A stretch of DNA of 64,000 nt. Origin: Planctomycetota bacterium (GTDB lineage Bacteria > Planctomycetota > UBA11346). Below the pieces are notes generated by a model that worked only from the letters and a program-made list of their open reading frames with translations, ran no database searches and was not told the DNA's origin. The DNA lies in the NCBI GenBank assembly GCA_038231435.1, contig JBBRLJ010000024.1, positions 1-64,000 on the forward strand. The letters run 5' to 3'. Both the position numbers and the translations under genes were made by a program. Shown one piece after another: positions 58,184 through 64,000 of this stretch (positions within the stretch are counted from its first letter, which is position 1; the number at the start of each line of letters is the position of its first letter).

Positions 58184-59283
58184 ACGATCTGATCGGCGGT
58201 AATCCCCCGGTGGCCGAGGCCTGGTTCGAGCCCGCGTCAGGAGAAGGCGCGGTGACCTGGCTTGCCAGCGGACGCGATGGCTATCTGCTCGCGGTGCTCG
58301 CCTCGGGCATCCGAGATTGGCTGGTGCCAGACCCGATCTGTCCGGTGGTCATCGAGGTGCTGCGCGCGGCGGGCTGCGCCGTGCGCGCCTACCGGCATGG
58401 CGGATTGGCGGATCACAACCGCAATGGCGCGGCCGTGGCGCTGGCCTGGGATGTCGCCGCCAGACCGCACGAGGCGGACATCGCCGCTGCGTCCGCCGCC
58501 GCGCTGGTGCTCGAGGATCGCTGCCTGTGGGCGGGCTTGCCTGCCGATCTGACAGCCGAGCCAGCGCACGAGCCAGCGGCAGGTGGTGGTCGGCGATGGG
58601 TCGTGGGCTCCGCGCGCAAATGGCTCGGCACCGCCGAGGGCGGCTGGCTGGTGTCGCCACGTTCCCTTGGGCTGCCGCTCGATCCGCCGGACCGGCGCCA
58701 TGCCGCGCTGCAGCTGGCCGCGGCGGCGGTGCGCGCCGCCAGGCGCGGTGGTGCCACTGCGTCCGATGCCACCGCTGCTGTGGCTGCTGGGTCCGACTCG
58801 AGTCCCGACCTCGAACGCGCGTCCCTCGCGCTGGTGCCGCTCGCCGAGGACGCGGTCGGAACTCCGCAGCGCCCGCGCGCGATGTCCCGGCTCGGCCGCG
58901 CGCTGCTCGGCCACGGCGCCGCCGAGGTCCGCGCCGAACGCGCCGCCACCACCGCCGCGCTCGCGGCTCGCCTCGGCGCGACCTGGACACCCGGGCCTGG
59001 CGCCAGCGCCCTGCGCCTCGCCTTCCCCACCGTCGAGTCGCGCGATGCCTGCAGGCAGGCGCTGAAGACCTCCGGCGTGCTCGCGCCGATCCATTGGCCG
59101 GGTGCGGCGTGGTCGGGCGAGGCCTCGGCGCGCGCGGCGATGATGCGAACGCTGACTCTGCCGGTTGCGGTGGGTGATGCCGGTCGCGCGGCCTACGTGA
59201 AGCTGATGGCGACCGTGCTCGATGGTTTTCCTGGCGTCCAGCCGGTCGAACGGCCGGCGGAGCCACCGCTCGGTCGCGCATGA
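58180..59283 (+). CDS. Divergent DegT-like PLP-fold protein
   Basis: SGRDG, VP..ICP.V, LED, GSARKWLG..EGG, PIHWP, TLP; ATGA overlaps on both sides. Confidence 0.65.
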   Translation: MNDLIGGNPPVAEAWFEPASGEGAVTWLASGRDGYLLAVLASGIRDWLVPDPICPVVIEVLRAAGCAVRAYRHGGLADHNRNGAAVALAWDVAARPHEADIAAASAAALVLEDRCLWAGLPADLTAEPAHEPAAGGGRRWVVGSARKWLGTAEGGWLVSPRSLGLPLDPPDRRHAALQLAAAAVRAARRGGATASDATAAVAAGSDSSPDLERASLALVPLAEDAVGTPQRPRAMSRLGRALLGHGAAEVRAERAATTAALAARLGATWTPGPGASALRLAFPTVESRDACRQALKTSGVLAPIHWPGAAWSGEASARAAMMRTLTLPVAVGDAGRAAYVKLMATVLDGFPGVQPVERPAEPPLGRA

Positions 59284-60299
59284 GCACGGTGACGGTGATC
59301 CCATCGCGCGACGCGCAGGCGTGGCGCGCGGCACTGGGCGTCTTCCCGGACGCCGACGTCTACCACGATCCGTGTTTCGCTGGCGCGGCCGCGCCAGCAG
59401 ACCTGTGGACGGTCGGCGACGGAGCCGATGCGCTGGCGGTGATCCTCGCGCGTCAAGCGTTGCCGGAATGGCTGGACGAGGCCGGCGGCGATGCCGAGAC
59501 CCCCAACGGATACGCGGCGCCGTTGGCCATCGGCGCGGGCGAGCGGCTCTGGCCGGCGCTGGCGGCGGCGCTGGCCCAGGCCGGCGTGGTGAACGCCTTC
59601 CTTCGCCTGCATCCGTTCCTGCCGCATCGCGTGGATCCGGCCTGGTACCTGGGCGCGCCGCATCCGACGGCGTGGATCCCGCTCGAAGCGGGCCTATCCG
59701 GAGCGTTCGCTGGCGGCCGCTGCTCGACGCATCGCTCGCAGGTGTCGCGCGCGGAACGCCTCGGACATGCGGTGCGCCTGACGCTCGCGCCAACCGCGGC
59801 CCGGCTGGACGGCTTCCGCTCCCTGTACGATCTGACCATGCAACGCCTGGGTGCCTCGACCGGTTATCGTTTCGAGGATGGATATTTCCATGCCCTCGTC
59901 GGCCTCGGCGATCGGCTCGCGCTCGTTGAGGTGACGGATGCGGCGGGCGTCCTGGTGAATGCGGCGCTGTTCATGCGCGGAGCGGCCTGGTGCCACTACC
60001 ATCTCAGCGCGCGCGGCGAACAGGCGCACAACAGCTCGGGCCATCTCCTGTTCACCGCCGCGGCCGCGTGGGCGGCCGAGCACGGTTGCCGGGGCATCCA
60101 TCTCGGCGGCGGCACCAGCGCCGAGCCGACGGATCCGCTGCTCGTCTACAAGCGGCGCATCGGCCGCGGCGATGCGGAATTCCGCACCGCCGGCGTCGTC
60201 GTGGACGCCGAGCGCCATCAGCGCCTTCGGGCAGAATGGTCGCAGCGCAGCCGTCGGCCGGGACGCTGGTTCCAGGCCTACCGCGAACCGCTGGCATGA
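59280..60299 (+). CDS. GNAT/FemAB-like acyltransferase
   Basis: D.ETPNGY, FLRLHPF, F..LY..TM.R, YHLS, HLGGG, YK. Confidence 0.8.
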   Translation: MSTVTVIPSRDAQAWRAALGVFPDADVYHDPCFAGAAAPADLWTVGDGADALAVILARQALPEWLDEAGGDAETPNGYAAPLAIGAGERLWPALAAALAQAGVVNAFLRLHPFLPHRVDPAWYLGAPHPTAWIPLEAGLSGAFAGGRCSTHRSQVSRAERLGHAVRLTLAPTAARLDGFRSLYDLTMQRLGASTGYRFEDGYFHALVGLGDRLALVEVTDAAGVLVNAALFMRGAAWCHYHLSARGEQAHNSSGHLLFTAAAAWAAEHGCRGIHLGGGTSAEPTDPLLVYKRRIGRGDAEFRTAGVVVDAERHQRLRAEWSQRSRRPGRWFQAYREPLA

Positions 60300-60445
60300 T
60301 TCGGGCCGGCATGACGGGAAATGCGCGTTCCGCCATCGTGCCCGGGTCGCAGCATGCGCTCGACCGCGGCGGACACGTCCGCGGCAGCGAGGTGGCGGTG
60401 ATGCATCGGCGTTCGATACCTGCGGCCTGGATGGTCACGCCATGA
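60296..60445 (+). other. Bridging mini-ORF (49 aa)
   Basis: ATGA overlaps at both ends (GNAT stop; oxidoreductase start). Confidence 0.55.
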
Positions 60446-61350
60446 GATGCCTGGTCGTGGGCTTCGGATCCATCGGCCGCCGCCATGCTCGCCTCATCCG
60501 GGATGCTGGCCACGAGGTCGAGATCGTGTCGCGCCAGAGCGACAGCGGATTCCGCCGGCACATCGGCATCGCCGAGGCGTTGACGACGCGCTTCGACTAC
60601 GTGGTCATCGCCAATGCGACCGTGGACCACGCTCCCGCGCTCGATGCGGTGGCGGCGAGCGGACACGCCGGCGTGGTGCTGGTCGAGAAGCCGATCTTCG
60701 CCCAGCCGCGCGCGCTCCCCATCCATCGCTTCGCCGCGCTGTGGGTCGGCTACAACCTGCGATTCCATCCCTGCGTGCAGTCGGTCCGCCGCGAGCTCGC
60801 CGGCCGCCGCGCCCATTCGGCGAGCGCGTACGTCGGGCAGTGGTTGCCGTCGTGGCGGCCCGACACCGATTACCGCGTGTCGTATTCGGCCGATGCGGCG
60901 CAGGGGGGCGGAGTGGCGCGTGACCTGAGCCACGAGATCGATCTGGCCGGTTGGCTGTTCGGGCCCTGGCGCAGGCTCGCAGCGCTCGGAGGGCGGTTCT
61001 CGGCGCTCGAGATCCGCAGCGACGATACGCTCTCGATGCTCGCCGAATGCCAGCGCTGCCCTGCGGTGCAGATCCATCTGGATTACCTCGATCGTCGCGG
61101 CCGGCGGCACTTGACCGTCAACCACGACGGCGGCACCATCCACGCCGATCTCGTCGCCGGCACGGTGGACGGAGCTCGCAAGGAGCGCCACGCCGTGCAT
61201 CGCGACGACACCTACAAGGCGATGCACCGTGCGGTCCTCGAGGGCGTTGGCGCCTCGTCGCTGTGTTCGGCCGACGAGGCGATGGCGACCCTGCGCGTGG
61301 TGATGGCTGCTGAAACATCCGTGAACGAAAGGACCTGGCGATGGCTGTGA
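60442..61350 (+). CDS. Gfo/Idh/MocA oxidoreductase (PtmF-like)
   Basis: VVGFGSIGRRH, LVEKP, GYNLRFHP, YRVSYSA...GGGV.RDLSHEID. Confidence 0.9.
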   Translation: MRCLVVGFGSIGRRHARLIRDAGHEVEIVSRQSDSGFRRHIGIAEALTTRFDYVVIANATVDHAPALDAVAASGHAGVVLVEKPIFAQPRALPIHRFAALWVGYNLRFHPCVQSVRRELAGRRAHSASAYVGQWLPSWRPDTDYRVSYSADAAQGGGVARDLSHEIDLAGWLFGPWRRLAALGGRFSALEIRSDDTLSMLAECQRCPAVQIHLDYLDRRGRRHLTVNHDGGTIHADLVAGTVDGARKERHAVHRDDTYKAMHRAVLEGVGASSLCSADEAMATLRVVMAAETSVNERTWRWL

Positions 61351-62045
61351 GCCGAATCTGCACGATCTGCGCGCGTGGCGGCTCGAAGGGGCTGAAGAAC
61401 AAGAACGTCATGCCCTTGAAGGGCAGGCCCCTGATCGCCCACTCGGTCATCCAGGCGCTGGCCACCAAGCTCTTCGACGTCATCGCCGTCAGCAGCGATT
61501 CGCCCGAGATCCTCGCGGCCGCCCAGGCCGCCGGGGCCCAGCTGCTGATCAAGCGCCCCGACGAGATGGCCACCGACACCGCGGCGAAGGTCCCGGCCAT
61601 CAAGCACTGCCTGCTCGAGAGCGAACGTCTGACCAAGCGCACCTTCGACGTGCTGGTCGATCTCGACGCGACCTCGCCGCTGCGCACGCCCCAGGATGTC
61701 ATCGACGTGGTCGAGATGCTCGAGGCGGGCGACGCGTCGAACGTCATCACCGCCTGTCCGGCCCGGCGCTCACCGTACTTCAATCTCGTCGAGGTCGGCG
61801 CCGACAACGTGGTCAGGTTGTCCAAGCCGCCCGCGTCGGCGATCGTGCGCCGCCAGGATTCGCCCGATTGCTACGACATGAACGCCTCGATCTACGCGTG
61901 GTGGCGCCAGATCCTGATCGACGAGCCCCGTGTGTTCCTCGACAAGACCAGGCTGCACGTCATGCCCCGCGAGCGCTCGATCGACATCGACGACGACGTG
62001 GATTTCCTGGTGGTCGAGACGCTCATGACCAAGGCGATGGCATGA
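61341..62045 (+). CDS. neuA: Acylneuraminate (nonulosonate) cytidylyltransferase (NeuA/LegF/PtmB)
   Basis: CARGGSKG..NKN, VSSDS, TSPLR, SPYFN, RRQD, SIDIDD. Confidence 0.94.
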   Translation: MAVSRICTICARGGSKGLKNKNVMPLKGRPLIAHSVIQALATKLFDVIAVSSDSPEILAAAQAAGAQLLIKRPDEMATDTAAKVPAIKHCLLESERLTKRTFDVLVDLDATSPLRTPQDVIDVVEMLEAGDASNVITACPARRSPYFNLVEVGADNVVRLSKPPASAIVRRQDSPDCYDMNASIYAWWRQILIDEPRVFLDKTRLHVMPRERSIDIDDDVDFLVVETLMTKAMA

Positions 62046-62863
62046 CCTCGTACCGCGCGCTGTTCGATCTCTCGGGCAAGGTTGCCATCGTCACCGGCGG
62101 CGCCGGCATCCTGGGTACCCGTTTCTGCACCGGTCTCGCCGAATTCGGCGCCGACGTGGTGGTGGCGGACATCGACGCGGGCAAGGGCGCCGAGCTGGCC
62201 GCGCGGCTCGCCAGCGCGCACCAGGTGCGCGCGGCGTTCGTCCCGTGCGACGTGGCGGACCCGGCCTCGGTGAGCGAGATGGTGAAGCGCGTGGTCACCG
62301 ATTTCGGCGGCATCCACGTCCTGCACAACAACGCTGGCGGCAAGTCGAAGGATCTCGAGAAGTACTTCGCGCCGATCGAGTCCTACTCGCTCGAGCAGTG
62401 GCGCGAGAGCATGGCGGTGAATCTCGACGGCATGTTCCTGGTCGCGAAGGAAGTCGGCGGTCAGATGATCCGGCAGGGCGGCGGCGGCTCGATCGTGCAG
62501 ACCGCGTCGATCTACGGCGTGGTCGCGCCAGACCAGCGCATCTATGAGGGCTCGAGCTACCTCGGACGCGCCATCAACACGCCAGCGGTCTATTCCACCT
62601 CGAAGGCCGGCGTCGTGGGTCTGACCCGCCACCTGGCGACGGCCTGGGCCCACCACCGCATCCGCGTCAACACGCTTACCCCGGGTGGCGTCCAGAGCGG
62701 CCAGAACGAGGAGTTCAAGCGCCGCTACTCGGCGCGCATCCCGCTCGGGCGCATGGCCGAGGGAGAGGAGATGGTCGGCGCGCTGGTATACCTGGCGAGC
62801 GACGCCTCGAGCTATGTCACCGGCCACAACCTGATGGTCGATGGAGGGCTGAGCGCGTGGTGA
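62042..62863 (+). CDS. SDR oxidoreductase (PtmA-like)
   Basis: TGGAGILG, NNAG, SIYG...PD..IY, YSTSKAG, RVN...PGG. Confidence 0.92.
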   Translation: MTSYRALFDLSGKVAIVTGGAGILGTRFCTGLAEFGADVVVADIDAGKGAELAARLASAHQVRAAFVPCDVADPASVSEMVKRVVTDFGGIHVLHNNAGGKSKDLEKYFAPIESYSLEQWRESMAVNLDGMFLVAKEVGGQMIRQGGGGSIVQTASIYGVVAPDQRIYEGSSYLGRAINTPAVYSTSKAGVVGLTRHLATAWAHHRIRVNTLTPGGVQSGQNEEFKRRYSARIPLGRMAEGEEMVGALVYLASDASSYVTGHNLMVDGGLSAW

Positions 62864-62925
62864 AGCGCGGCGAAGCGTCTCCAGCCGGCCACCAGTGCCT
62901 TCGGACTCCGTCCACGAACGCATGA
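62860..62925 (+). other. Bridging mini-ORF (21 aa)
   Basis: GTGA with the SDR stop; ATGA with the next start. Confidence 0.5.
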
Positions 62926-64000
62926 CCGCCAGCGGTCCCATCATTCCAGCGAATCCCTCGGCGCCGCGGCGCTCCTGGTTCGACCGCCGCCAGATCGTCC
63001 AGGCCGCCTGGATGCTGATGGATGCGCTGATGATGGTCGCGGCTATGGCCACCACCTCGGCGCTGATGGGCCGCGAGCCGCCGTCGGAGTACCTGTCGAT
63101 CCTCGCGCTGATCATCGCGGCGCGCGCACTGGCGTTCTATTGGCTGGGCCTCTACCACTCGGTGCTGCGCTACTCCGGCATCCATACCGTGCTGGTGACC
63201 GTCGCCGGCATCGGCATCGGCTCGGCGGTCGGCATCACGGTGTCGATCTTCAGCGACATCCACACACCGGTGGTCGCCCAGCTCGGCCGCGTGTTCATGG
63301 TCATGGAGGGCCTGCTCAGCCTGGTGGCGTGCGGTGGCTCGCGTCTGTTGGTGCGCATGGTGTTCGAACGCCAGGGCGGCGGCGATGCCCAGCGCGTGCT
63401 GATCTATGGCGCCGGCTCCTTCGGCGAGCTGGTGCTGCGCGACCTGCGCCGCCTCGGCGGCTATACGCCGATCGGCTTCCTCGACGACGACGCGAAGAAG
63501 CGCGGTACCCTCATCCATGGCCGGCGCGTTTTCGGAGGCCTGGCCGAACTCAACGCCATCGTCGAGCGCCGCCACCCGGACCTGGTGATCATCGCCATCA
63601 GCGACCTACAGCCGGCGACCGCGCGCACGCTCTTTCAGGCGTGCATGGCGCGCAAGGTGCGCGTGCTGGTGATGGGCGGCGTGGGTTCCGCGCTCGGCAC
63701 CCAGGGCGGCATCAACCTGCGCGAGTTGGCCCTCGAGGACCTGCTCAGCCGTCCGTCGCGATCGCTCGACGCCTCGCCGGTGATGCGCATGCTGAAGGGC
63801 CGGTCGGTGCTGGTCACCGGCGCGGGCGGCTCCATCGGCTCGGAGCTGTGCCGGCAGATCGCCGGGATGGAAGTCTCGAAGCTGGTCATCGTCGACCATG
63901 GCGAGCTCAACCTCTACACCATCGACAGCGCGTTGCGCGACCGCTTCCCGAACCTGACGGTGGTGCCGGTGCTGTGCAACCTCCAGCACCGCCCGACCCT
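62922..64000 (+). CDS. Membrane nucleoside-diphosphate sugar dehydratase (CapD/PglF/WbpM type), truncated by the window end
   Basis: Manual translation: N-terminal TMs, RVLIYGAG, GFLDDD, EDLLSR, VLVTGAGGSIGSELCRQI. Confidence 0.92.
   Translation, partial: MTASGPIIPANPSAPRRSWFDRRQIVQAAWMLMDALMMVAAMATTSALMGREPPSEYLSILALIIAARALAFYWLGLYHSVLRYSGIHTVLVTVAGIGIGSAVGITVSIFSDIHTPVVAQLGRVFMVMEGLLSLVACGGSRLLVRMVFERQGGGDAQRVLIYGAGSFGELVLRDLRRLGGYTPIGFLDDDAKKRGTLIHGRRVFGGLAELNAIVERRHPDLVIIAISDLQPATARTLFQACMARKVRVLVMGGVGSALGTQGGINLRELALEDLLSRPSRSLDASPVMRMLKGRSVLVTGAGGSIGSELCRQIAGMEVSKLVIVDHGELNLYTIDSALRDRFPNLTVVPVLCNLQHRPT

Overview
High-GC bacterial chromosomal segment with no phage, integrase, transposase or CRISPR. 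The lineage is probably Planctomycetota/PVC-like, inferred from the alpha2-type GlyRS, a Ser/Thr kinase, DUF4388-TPR and HEAT proteins, and a chlamydia-like NifU. It carries housekeeping genes (ruvB, cysM, folC, cysE, ygfA-like, lgt, argS, glyQS, tsaB, alr), tRNA-Asn(GTT) and tRNA-Ser(GCT), a two-component pair, an EmrAB-type efflux pair, several secreted or outer-membrane proteins and a nifU-like-sufBCDS Fe-S operon. From ~45.5 kb to the window end lies a large surface-glycan locus for legionaminic-acid-type nonulosonate synthesis. Most striking observation: in the ~17 kb glycan operon every gene junction is translationally coupled. Eight junctions overlap directly, and all seven real intergenic gaps are spanned exactly by tiny bridging ORFs (4-49 aa) that start inside the upstream stop codon and stop across the downstream start codon. 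The same bridges occur in the suf operon and at 28.5 kb. Other highlights: a ~150-bp multi-hairpin GTAG/REP-like repeat family (an inverted pair around a small membrane gene and a 152-bp tandem array), an in-frame TAG in a heme-binding protein gene, and several apparent pseudo-enzymes.
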